Assembly (NCBI GenBank): GCA_037441845.1
Contig: JBBIRK010000002.1
Location: 32,001-96,000 of the forward strand
DNA length: 64,000 nt
Origin: Candidatus Zixiibacteriota bacterium
GTDB taxonomy: Bacteria > Zixibacteria > MSB-5A5 > UBA10806 > 4484-95
Direction: 5' to 3'
The translations under genes and the position numbers were made by a program. Below, piece by piece: positions 1 to 9,197 of the stretch. The notes under the pieces are model-generated. The model was not told where the DNA came from, searched no databases, and saw only the letters and a program-made list of their open reading frames with translations. Numbering within the stretch: the first letter of the stretch is position 1; each line of letters begins with the position of its first letter.

Positions 1-13
1 CCACTCGAGTCAT
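1..13 (-). CDS. 5' end of an unknown gene running off the window (MTRV...)
   Basis: Minus strand reads AAAAGGAGTTGAGT-ATG ACT CGA GTG: good SD and ATG; TTGACA at 103-98 upstream. Confidence 0.5.
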
Positions 14-161
14 ACTCAACTCCTTTTTTCGAGGACCTCGCATAATTTTACGGATTTTCCAATTACTGCACATATATATAGTAAACATATATGCCCTTGT
101 CAAGGAATTTCGTCATATTTTTCTTGACCTTGAGGATTTTTCTTTTAATAATACGTGCGTT

Positions 162-365
162 ATGAAAGTGAAAAATAAAATCCGTGAATATCGCCTGAAG
201 AAGAATTTATCTCAGGCCGAATTAGGCGAACTGATCGGCATCAGCCGTCAAAGCATCATTTCGATCGAAAAAGGAACCAGCGTGCCATCGACACTGCTGG
301 CTTTAAAACTTTCGAAATTGTTCGGCAAGACGGTTAATGAGCTGTTCACGCTGACAAACAAATAA
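162..365 (+). CDS. XRE/Cro-C1 family helix-turn-helix transcriptional regulator
   Basis: KNKIREYR..LSQAELGELIGISRQSIISIEKG..PS..LALKLSKLFG..VNELF, typical HTH_3 pattern. Confidence 0.93.
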   Translation: MKVKNKIREYRLKKNLSQAELGELIGISRQSIISIEKGTSVPSTLLALKLSKLFGKTVNELFTLTNK

Positions 366-389
366 TCCAACAAAACGATTGGAGGAGTC

Positions 390-1208
390 TTGAAAAAGGC
401 AGTCATTCTGTCGGTTTTTATCGTTGTATCCGCGGCTGTGGCGGCCGACCAGACCTGCGTGATCAAGGTAAACGGCATGACCTGCAACGGTTGCGCCAGC
501 AAAATCAAGTCCGCGCTGGAAAATATCGAGGGAATCAAAAGCGCCGAGGTTTCGTTGGCATCGCGAAGCGCCACCGTGGTCTATGACGACGCCGTCGTAA
601 ATCAGGATAAAATGATTAAAACCGTGGATGATCTCGGCTACAAAGCGTCCAGCGACGTTACTTCTCCCCGGTCGGTGACCGACTCGAAACTCAGCGAGGC
701 AAAAAGCGAAAGTCCGCAAGTTTCAATCGCCGATAAGAACGCATCTAAAATCGCGATCCCAGGAGCCGAATCGGGTAAGCCGGTCGCCCAAGAAATGGCC
801 GGAATATCCGAAAAAGCCAGCGAAACCGAAGCCGTTGCCGCCGAGAAAAGCGAAACCGCCGAGCATCACTGCGCCGCGTTGAAAAGTTGCAAGGAGATAA
901 ACGAGTTCCACGAGGCCATGCATCCGTTGGCGATGGCTATCGGGTTCGAGGGCGACGAAGAAAAGGATTACGAATTCGTGCGCCGAAACTACCCTGAGCT
1001 CAAAGCCAAGGCCGTTGCGTTGTCCAAAATGAAAATCGACGATAAGCTCGTGACCGACAGGAAGGCGTTCGAAAACAAACGCAAGGCTTTGATTAAAGCG
1101 GTCGATGATTTCGGCGCCGCAGTGAAGAAAAACGATCATGCGATGATGGATCGCACGTTCGAGATCATGCATCAGGCCTATATCGACTTGGCCATGACCG
1201 GCAGGTAA
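390..1208 (+). CDS. Exported heavy-metal-associated (HMA) domain protein with His/Met-rich C-terminal helical domain
   Basis: GGAGGAG SD before TTG; signal peptide; GMTCNGC metal-binding motif; low-complexity linker. Confidence 0.85.
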   Translation: MKKAVILSVFIVVSAAVAADQTCVIKVNGMTCNGCASKIKSALENIEGIKSAEVSLASRSATVVYDDAVVNQDKMIKTVDDLGYKASSDVTSPRSVTDSKLSEAKSESPQVSIADKNASKIAIPGAESGKPVAQEMAGISEKASETEAVAAEKSETAEHHCAALKSCKEINEFHEAMHPLAMAIGFEGDEEKDYEFVRRNYPELKAKAVALSKMKIDDKLVTDRKAFENKRKALIKAVDDFGAAVKKNDHAMMDRTFEIMHQAYIDLAMTGR

Positions 1209-1228
1209 TCATCGCTCGATAAGACTTT

Positions 1229-1261
1229 ACCGCCGGTGGAAATGACCGCCGGCGGTTTTTT
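1229..1261 (+). terminator. Intrinsic terminator after HMA gene
   Basis: ACCGCCGGTGG-AAATGA-CCGCCGGCGGT stem followed by T-run. Confidence 0.8.
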
Positions 1262-1322
1262 CATGAACTCAAGACGTAATGGCGGTCAAGCGACGAGTTT
1301 GTGCGATCTCGACCGCCGCCGC

Positions 1323-1544
1323 TCATGACTTGCCTTTGCGTGAATCCATCTTCAATAGCTTGATATACGTGTTTACCATATCCTTGCGCGATTCGAGCAG
1401 TTTCTCGAGTATTTGTGATCCGAATTCGATCGAGGCTCGAATGGTATCGGCGCCGGTGAGATTGTATTTTTTCTTGATCCTGTCGATCCTGCTTCTCAAT
1501 CTCAAACCTGCGCGAATCTGATAATAGTGGCGGTCTTCAGCCAT
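1323..1544 (-). CDS. Small basic hypothetical protein
   Basis: 73-aa ORF overlapping the upstream ORF stop by 8 nt; GGGGA SD. Confidence 0.6.
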   Translation of the reverse strand: MAEDRHYYQIRAGLRLRSRIDRIKKKYNLTGADTIRASIEFGSQILEKLLESRKDMVNTYIKLLKMDSRKGKS

Positions 1545-2061
1545 TGTTCGTCCCCCGATGGTATTTCAAATGGTTGATTATAATCATCGGCGGATTGAAT
1601 ATCCGGCCGACTGATTTCTTAAGTTTGCGGTTGACACTTCCCCAACTTTCGCTGTCGATCTTGGCGGTTATAATCCGTTCGATTTCCGCACGTTCGGGAT
1701 GCGCGCAGATGGGACAGGTTTCCGCGCTGGGGAAAAATTTGGGCCATCGTTTATGGACGACCTGCCGCAACCGGTTTTTCAAAACATGTAAAGCCTCCCT
1801 GCTTATCTTGATCACCGATTCGGGCGACAGGCCGATTTCGGCCGCCGCCGCCTCCGCGTCCATCCCTTCGAAATACAACCTGATCAAAATTTCCCCGGCC
1901 GGATATTCGAGCGCAAGAACCTCTTTTCGGATAATATCCCGCAGTCGTTCCAATTCCGGCTCGAATTCCGGTTCGGGCTCGGCTCCGGCGATTTCCGCCA
2001 ACATCAAGGGATCCAGATAGATGATTTTCACAGGCCTCCTTTTTGCGGAAATTATCCGCAT
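1537..2061 (-). CDS. Hypothetical protein, sigma-70 region-4-like HTH plus CxxC...HxxxH putative zinc-binding domain
   Basis: EILIRLYFEGMDAEAAAAEIGLSPESVIKISREALHVLK (region-4-like); CPICAHPERAEIE...NHLKYH. Confidence 0.65.
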   Translation of the reverse strand: MRIISAKRRPVKIIYLDPLMLAEIAGAEPEPEFEPELERLRDIIRKEVLALEYPAGEILIRLYFEGMDAEAAAAEIGLSPESVIKISREALHVLKNRLRQVVHKRWPKFFPSAETCPICAHPERAEIERIITAKIDSESWGSVNRKLKKSVGRIFNPPMIIINHLKYHRGTNNG

Positions 2062-2247
2062 ATCGGCCTGCGGAGACTATCACCCGGTTGTCATCCGGAA
2101 ATCATTTTTCGAGCCGATCCGGACTTAGGCAATGCCGCCTGGGCATCGATGAATCAGTTAAGTTCGGGTAGTCGAGCCCTCGCGGTCTAAAGATCGGTCG
2201 AGACGATATAGTACTAACGACTGCGATCGCTTTTTCGTTCGGATATG

Positions 2248-3495
2248 CTAAATCTGTGTTTTTCCGGACACGCCCCCGATTTGGAGATCCCGGGCGAAAA
2301 ATTTGAGCGTGGCGATAGCCGCAACGAAATAAAGGGCGATTGTCGTCAACATGACCGGCACGAAACCGTGGTGCTCGATGATTCTTCCCCCGACAAACGT
2401 GGAAATCATCCAGGCGCCGCTCCACGACAAGAAAAGCAGACTGTTGGTTCCCGCGTGATGCTCCGGCTCGGTTTTTTCCATGGCGAAATTGCTGAACAGC
2501 GGGGAGGCCATATTCATCAGGCTGTTGCGGAACCAGAAGGCAACGACCACCGGCGCCAGCTGATGGCAATAGGCGAGGATAACGAAAAAAGGAATCGAGG
2601 CGAGCTGCGAAAACGAAATTGTGCGCACCAGCCCAAGTCGCTTGGCCAAAGCCGGACCTGCCAAAAAACCGAATACCGTGAAAACCTGGGCGATCGAATA
2701 AATCCTTCCTATACCCGAAGAGTCAAGGCCGAACCGCCCGGCAAAATACAAATTCAGAAACGGTATAGTAAAACCCGCACCCAATCCGATAAGGACGTTC
2801 GGCAGGCAAAGGCGAAATGTGTTTTTCCAGCTGCGCGTCCGGGTATAGTCGGCCAGCCTGAACGATCCGCTCCGTATCGGGCCATCCGAGGTCAGTTTCG
2901 AATAAAACCCCACCGACACGAACGCCATCAATGCCCCGGTCATGAACGCCGCCCGATAGCCGTTTATTAAGGCGATTCCGAAATCAGCCAAAAGCCGCGG
3001 TATGTAACCACCTATAAGCGCCCCGAAAAAACCGGCAGTCATATCGAGCGCATGATTGACCCCATATAGATACGTTCTTTCCTCGGCGGTCGAATTGCGC
3101 ATGAAAAACGGCGACACGGCCACGAAATGCATGCTTGCCCCGGCTGCCGCGGCGGCGGCGAAAAAGCCGATCAGCCTGATATCCGTGACCAGCACCAGCA
3201 TGATATCCGAAACGGCGGTGGCGACCGCAGCCGCGATCATCACCCGCTTTATACGCACACGATCGATCACGATCGCCGCCGGTATGGCCGCCAGAGCCGA
3301 GCCGAAAGCGCCGATGGAATTGATCATGCCGATCGCTCCCTCGTTCAGCCCAAGCTGCTTGAAATAAAGGTTCAGCATCGTCCAGTAGATCGAAAAATAA
3401 AACCCCATGAAAAACGAGCCGCCCAGAAAATATCTGGCGTTACGGGAAAACATCCTCACATGGCGCACGTATTCTTTCAAAACCGATTTTAGCAT
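2248..3495 (-). CDS. MFS transporter (12 TM)
   Basis: 415 aa, about 12 hydrophobic segments, motif-A-like IVIDRVRIKR and GPALAKRLG. Confidence 0.9.
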   Translation of the reverse strand: MLKSVLKEYVRHVRMFSRNARYFLGGSFFMGFYFSIYWTMLNLYFKQLGLNEGAIGMINSIGAFGSALAAIPAAIVIDRVRIKRVMIAAAVATAVSDIMLVLVTDIRLIGFFAAAAAAGASMHFVAVSPFFMRNSTAEERTYLYGVNHALDMTAGFFGALIGGYIPRLLADFGIALINGYRAAFMTGALMAFVSVGFYSKLTSDGPIRSGSFRLADYTRTRSWKNTFRLCLPNVLIGLGAGFTIPFLNLYFAGRFGLDSSGIGRIYSIAQVFTVFGFLAGPALAKRLGLVRTISFSQLASIPFFVILAYCHQLAPVVVAFWFRNSLMNMASPLFSNFAMEKTEPEHHAGTNSLLFLSWSGAWMISTFVGGRIIEHHGFVPVMLTTIALYFVAAIATLKFFARDLQIGGVSGKTQI

Positions 3496-3773
3496 TAATC
3501 TATATTCCCTCAGCCCCCGATCGGCGAAATCCCAAGATTACGATATGCGGTCCGTATGGTTGCGATTTTCCCGGCTGACGCAAGCAGTCGTTTTCGCCCA
3601 AGACTTACGGAAAATCCAACGGATACGACAAAGCGCCGGCTGGAATTCGAAATTCGGCATTTTTTACTTGACCGGCGACTGGTGGAGATATAATTTATAA
3701 TGGATACCGATTGCCGCAATTACTATCTTTCTTTTTTCCTGTTTACATTTTTGTATTTCAGGGAGGTATATGT

Positions 3774-4001
3774 ATGGTCGTCGGCAAGGTGAAATGGTTC
3801 AATGCCAGGAAAGGGTTCGGTTTCATAGTTCCCGATCACGACCAAAATAGCGATGTATTCGTTCATTACTCGTCGATCAAGGGGGCCGGATACAAGACTC
3901 TGACCAGGGGGCAACCGGTTCAATTCGAATTGGTTCCCGGTCCGAAAGGATATCACGCCGAAAACGTTTCGCTGCTGAATCAAAGTGCGACGCTGAATTG
4001 A
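3774..4001 (+). CDS. Cold-shock domain protein (CspA family)
   Basis: GKVKWFNARKGFGFI (RNP1) and DVFVHYSSI (RNP2); GGGAGG SD before ATG 3774. Confidence 0.95.
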   Translation: MVVGKVKWFNARKGFGFIVPDHDQNSDVFVHYSSIKGAGYKTLTRGQPVQFELVPGPKGYHAENVSLLNQSATLN

Positions 4002-4155
4002 ATCGGGGGGTAGGCGAAGCTGACATAAAATCAGACCCTGGTCTGAAAATTCAAAGAACTATATAATTTTTGCTTTTAAAAGGCGGGGAATAAAATTCCC
4101 GCTTTTCTTGTTCGTTTCCGAACCGCCGGCGCTCGAGGCGATTGCGGTAATCGGC

Positions 4156-4184
4156 TTGACTTGTTTTCCGCACCTGCTTATCCT
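4156..4184 (+). promoter_or_regulatory. Putative sigma-70 promoter of the deacetylase/ATP-grasp operon
   Basis: TTGACT-N17-TATCCT. Confidence 0.55.
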
Positions 4185-4208
4185 TAGGTAAAAAGACCAC
4201 AGGAACGA

Positions 4209-4979
4209 ATGATGAACGGCGGAAAACCGATATTCTGCTTCACCTCCGATATCGACTGGGCCAGCGAAGAGGCGCTGAAAATCCAGCAGGCGATTTACGA
4301 CGATTTCGCGATCACGCCGACATATTTTGTCACGCACAAGAGCGAATTTATCGAAAGGCTTCGCGCCGAAAATCGAATCGAACTCGGAATCCATCCCAAT
4401 TTCCTTCCCAACAGCAGCCATGGTGACAGCTATGAGGAAGTCATCGACACGGTGCTGAAATTGGTGCCGGATGCCCGCGCTTTCAGGGCGCATCGTTGTT
4501 TCGATGTTGCGATCGTTACCGATATGCTGTTTCGCCGCGGGATTCTATATGATTCCAATCTTATCACGAAACTGCAGCCGGGACTGGGACCGATTCTCCA
4601 TGAGTCCGGCTTGGTGCGGTTCCCTTGTTTCTACGAGGACGGCATTCATTTCAAGTGGCGTTTGAGTTGGAAATTCGAAGATTATCGCAGCATGTTCGAC
4701 GCGCCCGGGTTGAAAATAATCAGCGCCCATCCGATGATAACCGCGATGAACGTCACCAGCGCCTCATACTGGGCCGAATTGAAATTGAAATTTCCGCCCG
4801 ACAAGTGGATAAAGATGACGAGGCAGCAACTCGAACAAAACCGTTGCCCGGACCCCGGGCCTGCGGAATTCTTGAAAAACATTATCCGCCACGCGCTCGA
4901 CCGCGGTTACTCGATTTTGACTCTCGATGAACTATACGAGCGGACGGGACGACCGCTTCAAGAAAGATTTTTCGCTTGA
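4209..4979 (+). CDS. Polysaccharide deacetylase (WbmS-like)
   Basis: FTSDIDWA, TYFVTH, ELGIHPNF, FRAHR, YDSN, HP motifs. Confidence 0.8.
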   Translation: MMNGGKPIFCFTSDIDWASEEALKIQQAIYDDFAITPTYFVTHKSEFIERLRAENRIELGIHPNFLPNSSHGDSYEEVIDTVLKLVPDARAFRAHRCFDVAIVTDMLFRRGILYDSNLITKLQPGLGPILHESGLVRFPCFYEDGIHFKWRLSWKFEDYRSMFDAPGLKIISAHPMITAMNVTSASYWAELKLKFPPDKWIKMTRQQLEQNRCPDPGPAEFLKNIIRHALDRGYSILTLDELYERTGRPLQERFFA

Positions 4980-6736
4980 TGCCCGAAATGGATCGACCGG
5001 TGGTCTCGAATCGCCTATCCGGAAAAGTCCTGGTGCTGGGAAGCGATTTCAAGAATTACCGCACCTGTCTGGCGATCGTGCGCTCGCTGGGCCGGGCAGG
5101 CCTCGAGATTCATCTCGGTTGGCACGCCGCAGACGAAATAGCCGGTTTTTCGCGATACGTTGTCAAGAAACTGCCGCTTCCCCCCTATTCGCCGGATAAC
5201 GAAAATTGGCATGAAATACTGACGGCGATTCTCAGACAGGAAAAATACGATCTGGTGATCCCCGCCAATGAGCAGGCTTGCGCGCCGATCGAACGAAACA
5301 AAGATTTATTCGGCGAATTTCCTGAAATTTACCGGCTCAATCCCGAAGCTTACGAAGTGGTATTCGATAAAACGAAAACGGCGGCCTTAGCTCGAAAGCT
5401 GAATATACCTATGCCTGCGGAAATCACCATGACCTCTATAGAGGATCTGGATAGAGTCGAATGCGAAATCGGCTATCCGGCCGTCCTGAAACCGAAAGCC
5501 TCGTTCGAACTGGAGAATCTGAAAAGAAAACTTTACGTTTACAAGGCGGTCGACCGCGCCCAGCTTCTCACTGCGGCAAGACACCTTCTCGATTACGGCC
5601 CGGTGATCGCTCAAAAACATGTGCGCGGCGTCGGAATCGGAGTCGAGTTTCTGGCGCACGAGGGCCTGCTCCTCTACGCTTTTCAGCACCGCCGCCTTCA
5701 CGAGCCGCCGCTGGGAGGCGGAAGTTCCTATCGCCGCAGCTGTCCTCTCGATCCGGAGCTTTTAGGATACTTGCGGCCGATGCTGGCGGAATTGTCGTAC
5801 ACCGGAGTTGGCATGGCCGAATTCAGGGTGGATTATGCTATCGGGCGAAAATGGTTTTTCGAAATCAACGGCAGATTCTGGGGCTCGCTGCCACTGGCGA
5901 TCGCCGCCAGAGCCGATTTTCCGCTTATGCTTTTTCGGATGCGCCGCATGCAGGTGAGGCGATTCGAACAATCATACAGGACTGCGATCTATTGCCGGAA
6001 CACTATCCGCGATTTCGAATGGATTTCGGCGAACTGGAATATCGACAAAAAAAATCCTCTATATAATTCCGAAAGCAATTTCAAAGTGATATCCGAATTC
6101 GCCAATATCCTGATCGGAAGAGAACGAAACGACACCTTGGCGATCGATGACCTTCGTCCGGCGTTGGTAGAATGCAAAAGTTTTCTTTCATTGATATTGA
6201 TGCGTTCGGCGACCTGGCTTAAAAACAATTCCCCCGGGCGGTGGTTTACCTGTTGGCTTTTGCGGCGTCGCCTGCGTTCGAAGAGGAATTTATTGTTCGT
6301 CTGCTACGGCAACATCTATCGCAGTCCGTTTGCGGCCGCCGCAGCCGAACGGCTGCTTCCCAAAACGATCGCAGTGAAATCGGCCGGCTATTTCCCCCAT
6401 GCCGGGCGCAGGCCGCATCAACGGGCGATCGATATCGCCGCTGAATTCGGAATCGACCTCGAAAGTCATCGGTCAAATGTAATTGATAGGGAAACCCTAA
6501 GCCGCGCGGATATCGTTTTCGTTTTCGACCGTTTCAACGCCGCTTGGTTGACCGACAATTTTCCCGAAAGCGCAGACAAAATCGTCTATCTGGGTTTATT
6601 GCGCTTCCGGGGCCCGATCGAAATCGGTGACCCGGTGGATGGCAACCTCTACACCGTGCGCGATTGCTACCGTCAAATCTCCCAAGCCTTGGAGCCGCTC
6701 GGGCGGATAAAATTCAAAGCGCCGGAATCCGCCTGA
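4976..6736 (+). CDS. ATP-grasp (carboxylate-amine ligase-like) protein fused to a low-molecular-weight phosphatase domain
   Basis: DKTKT, YPAVLKP, GGGSSYR, GVGMAEFR, EINGRFWGS; C-terminal LFVCYGNIYRSP and IGDP. Confidence 0.88.
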   Translation: MMPEMDRPVVSNRLSGKVLVLGSDFKNYRTCLAIVRSLGRAGLEIHLGWHAADEIAGFSRYVVKKLPLPPYSPDNENWHEILTAILRQEKYDLVIPANEQACAPIERNKDLFGEFPEIYRLNPEAYEVVFDKTKTAALARKLNIPMPAEITMTSIEDLDRVECEIGYPAVLKPKASFELENLKRKLYVYKAVDRAQLLTAARHLLDYGPVIAQKHVRGVGIGVEFLAHEGLLLYAFQHRRLHEPPLGGGSSYRRSCPLDPELLGYLRPMLAELSYTGVGMAEFRVDYAIGRKWFFEINGRFWGSLPLAIAARADFPLMLFRMRRMQVRRFEQSYRTAIYCRNTIRDFEWISANWNIDKKNPLYNSESNFKVISEFANILIGRERNDTLAIDDLRPALVECKSFLSLILMRSATWLKNNSPGRWFTCWLLRRRLRSKRNLLFVCYGNIYRSPFAAAAAERLLPKTIAVKSAGYFPHAGRRPHQRAIDIAAEFGIDLESHRSNVIDRETLSRADIVFVFDRFNAAWLTDNFPESADKIVYLGLLRFRGPIEIGDPVDGNLYTVRDCYRQISQALEPLGRIKFKAPESA

Positions 6737-6747
6737 GAAAACTCGAC

Positions 6748-7317
6748 TCAATAAACCCCGGGTATGAGTCTGGCCGTGCGGCCGGAATAATCGAGATACG
6801 CCTGCCCGAACTTTTCCCGAAGCGCCCGCTCCTCGATTTTCATCCTATATAAAAACACCGAAAATATAGGCAGGAAAATTATCAGCAAACTCAGCCAGTT
6901 GGAAAAGAAAATCCCGAGACCCAAAAACGAAAGCAGGCTGCCGCTATAGGCCGGGTGGCGGACATATCTGTATATTCCTATGCTGATCAAACGATGATCG
7001 TCGAAAATGGTCACTTCGACCGTGAAAAATCGGCCCAGAGTGCGGATGGCAACCCATCTGATTATCGATCCTGCAATAATCAGAGCCAGCCCCAAAAACG
7101 GCGCGTAATCGAAAGCAAAACTTACCGCCCCTATTCTCTGTAACCCGATAAAAACGCCCAGCGATATCGCCGTGATTATCACGATCCACAGCCATTTAAG
7201 CGATGATTTATCGCGCCCGGCGGACTTGTCCGTTTTCAGGCGTGAATATCGGGCCAATGCGATTTCGGAGCAAATCCATACGAATGAAAAAACCATAATC
7301 AAATAGTGGCGACTCAT
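6748..7317 (-). CDS. Isoprenylcysteine carboxyl methyltransferase family membrane protein
   Basis: LGRFFT...HRLISIGIYRYVRHPAYSG...RMKIEERAL..FG..Y..Y. Confidence 0.9.
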   Translation of the reverse strand: MSRHYLIMVFSFVWICSEIALARYSRLKTDKSAGRDKSSLKWLWIVIITAISLGVFIGLQRIGAVSFAFDYAPFLGLALIIAGSIIRWVAIRTLGRFFTVEVTIFDDHRLISIGIYRYVRHPAYSGSLLSFLGLGIFFSNWLSLLIIFLPIFSVFLYRMKIEERALREKFGQAYLDYSGRTARLIPGVY

Positions 7318-7383
7318 ATTCGATACCTCACGAATGACTGCTTATCCTGAAACATTCGAGACTTGCGGAGATTATCGAAAATC

Positions 7384-7458
7384 CGTCCCCAAGGGGATTC
7401 GAACCCCTGTTTTCGCCGTGAAAGGGCGGTGTCCTAGGCCGGACTAGACGATGGGGAC
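7384..7458 (-). tRNA. tRNA-Glu (TTC), CCA not encoded
   Basis: GTCCCCATCGTCTAGTCCGGCCTAGGACACCGCCCTTTCACGGCGAAAACAGGGGTTCGAATCCCCTTGGGGACG folds as a cloverleaf; anticodon loop CT-TTC-AC. Confidence 0.97.
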
Positions 7459-7469
7459 ATTGACCTGTC

Positions 7470-7497
7470 AATATAGATACGCCGCCGAAAGTGTCAA
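7470..7497 (-). promoter_or_regulatory. Sigma-70 promoter of tRNA-Glu
   Basis: TTGACA-N16-TATATT just upstream of the tRNA. Confidence 0.65.
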
Positions 7498-7577
7498 GCC
7501 ATTATTTGGAGCAACCGACAACGGCTGCTTTGGTTGAGAGCGGGTCGCTTTGCATCGGGCGCGGATCGACGATTGAA

Positions 7578-9041
7578 TCAGGCGCCTATCAGCTTATCGA
7601 GTTTGCGCCGAGCCCGCACCAAATCCGGAATATCGTCATCGGCCCCGGACATGACCGATAGATATCGCAGGAGCGCTTCCTTCTGTTGTTCCGGCTGGCG
7701 AAGCGATTCATGAACGTCGGCCAAGGCGAGAAGCGTTTGCGCGTGATTCGGGTTGTCGGCGAAATTCAATAGATAGGTATCGCGCGCGCGGACCAAATCC
7801 CCTTTTTTGTGATAACACTGACCCAAAAAATAACGCACCCAGATTTTTCTCGGCAAAGAAGTTTGTTCGACGGTCTGCTGATATTTCACGATTGCCGAAT
7901 CGTAATCGCCTTTGGCACAGTCGATCATCGCCTCGAGCCAAACCAATCCGATACCATATTCCTTATATTCGAGCGCCGGATCGTTTCCTATCAACTGCGC
8001 CTTACCCTGGTCGATCAATTCCCGCACCCTTTTATATGTCATCTCCGCTTTGCCGATTTCCCCGGACGTGACGTATAAAGCGCCCAGGTCGAGCAAAATG
8101 ATCACCGAAGCCGGGTTGTTTTCCGCCAGAGCCTCGAGCAGAGAAGCAGCCTTCGAAAACAAGCCGTTGGTCCAGTAGGCCCCGGCCACGGCCCGGTCGC
8201 ATTCGCGTTTCTGGAATTGACCCGAGGCGTAATCCCGCGCTCTCTGATAATAGCCGACAGCATCGCGTATCCGCCCGATTGATTTATGGGCATCGCCCAG
8301 ATGCATCAGCACGAAAAACAGATCGGGCTTGATTTTATTGGCCGCCTTGAACTGCGCTATAGCCTCATCGTATTTGCCGATATTCATCAATATCTCGCCG
8401 TAGGAGTCATGGGGATTGGCCTGCCCCTCGGCGATCTCCGCGTATTTTCGAACATATTCGACCGCTTGATCGTAGTCGCGTTTGAAATAATGCAGATAGG
8501 CAAGCATATTATAAGCGAGCGCGAAATTCGGGTCGAGCTTCAACACCTGGTTATATTCCTTGATCGCGTTGTCCCATTCCTGATTTTTCTGATAGCGTTC
8601 GGCTTGATAAAGATGCGCATCCAAAAGATCGGGATATTCGGCCAACAACTCTTCTTTAAGCCGCCGTGATTTAGTGGTATCTCCGCCGATATCGGATTCG
8701 ATAATCGCGATCAGCAGCTTTTCGCGATCTTTGACTTTCTCCGACAGGGCCGATGCCTTTTTGCTTAACGAGCGCGCCTCTTCCATTTGATTCAAAAACG
8801 TTTGGGTAAGACTGGCCAGACGCGCATAGGCCATGGCGAAACTCGAATCATACCCCACGGCGGCCCGATACTGCTCTATAGCCTCACGATAATACAGCTT
8901 GCCGCGAAATGATTCCGCCTCGTTGTAGGCTTTCAGCGCTTTGTTCGAATTAGTCGTCACGTTCCGCCGATCACGCAAAGCGTAAACGGCCGAGGCGACC
9001 ACCATCAGAAGAAAAAGCAATGCCAGTAGTTTCTTTACCAT
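7578..9041 (-). CDS. Exported tetratricopeptide repeat protein
   Basis: Signal peptide; many TPR units (AIKEYNQVLKLDPNFALAYNMLAY; GKYDEAIAQFKAANKIKPD). Confidence 0.9.
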   Translation of the reverse strand: MVKKLLALLFLLMVVASAVYALRDRRNVTTNSNKALKAYNEAESFRGKLYYREAIEQYRAAVGYDSSFAMAYARLASLTQTFLNQMEEARSLSKKASALSEKVKDREKLLIAIIESDIGGDTTKSRRLKEELLAEYPDLLDAHLYQAERYQKNQEWDNAIKEYNQVLKLDPNFALAYNMLAYLHYFKRDYDQAVEYVRKYAEIAEGQANPHDSYGEILMNIGKYDEAIAQFKAANKIKPDLFFVLMHLGDAHKSIGRIRDAVGYYQRARDYASGQFQKRECDRAVAGAYWTNGLFSKAASLLEALAENNPASVIILLDLGALYVTSGEIGKAEMTYKRVRELIDQGKAQLIGNDPALEYKEYGIGLVWLEAMIDCAKGDYDSAIVKYQQTVEQTSLPRKIWVRYFLGQCYHKKGDLVRARDTYLLNFADNPNHAQTLLALADVHESLRQPEQQKEALLRYLSVMSGADDDIPDLVRARRKLDKLIGA

Positions 9042-9156
9042 TTATCCTGATTGGCTTTTGCGTGATTCCGGCGTTACCTCGGGCCTCGTTGAGTCAAAAT
9101 TATTCTCTTAAATATCGAAAAGGCTGCGCTTTTACGCCGTCCGCTTCCTTATAAAG

Positions 9157-9184
9157 ATACGAAACCAAGGCTTTTGCGGTTGCA
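9157..9184 (-). promoter_or_regulatory. Putative ECF-sigma promoter upstream of TPR gene
   Basis: TGCAAC-N17-CGTAT; same motif at 53853-53880. Confidence 0.55.
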
Positions 9185-9197
9185 ACCTTATTTTCCG

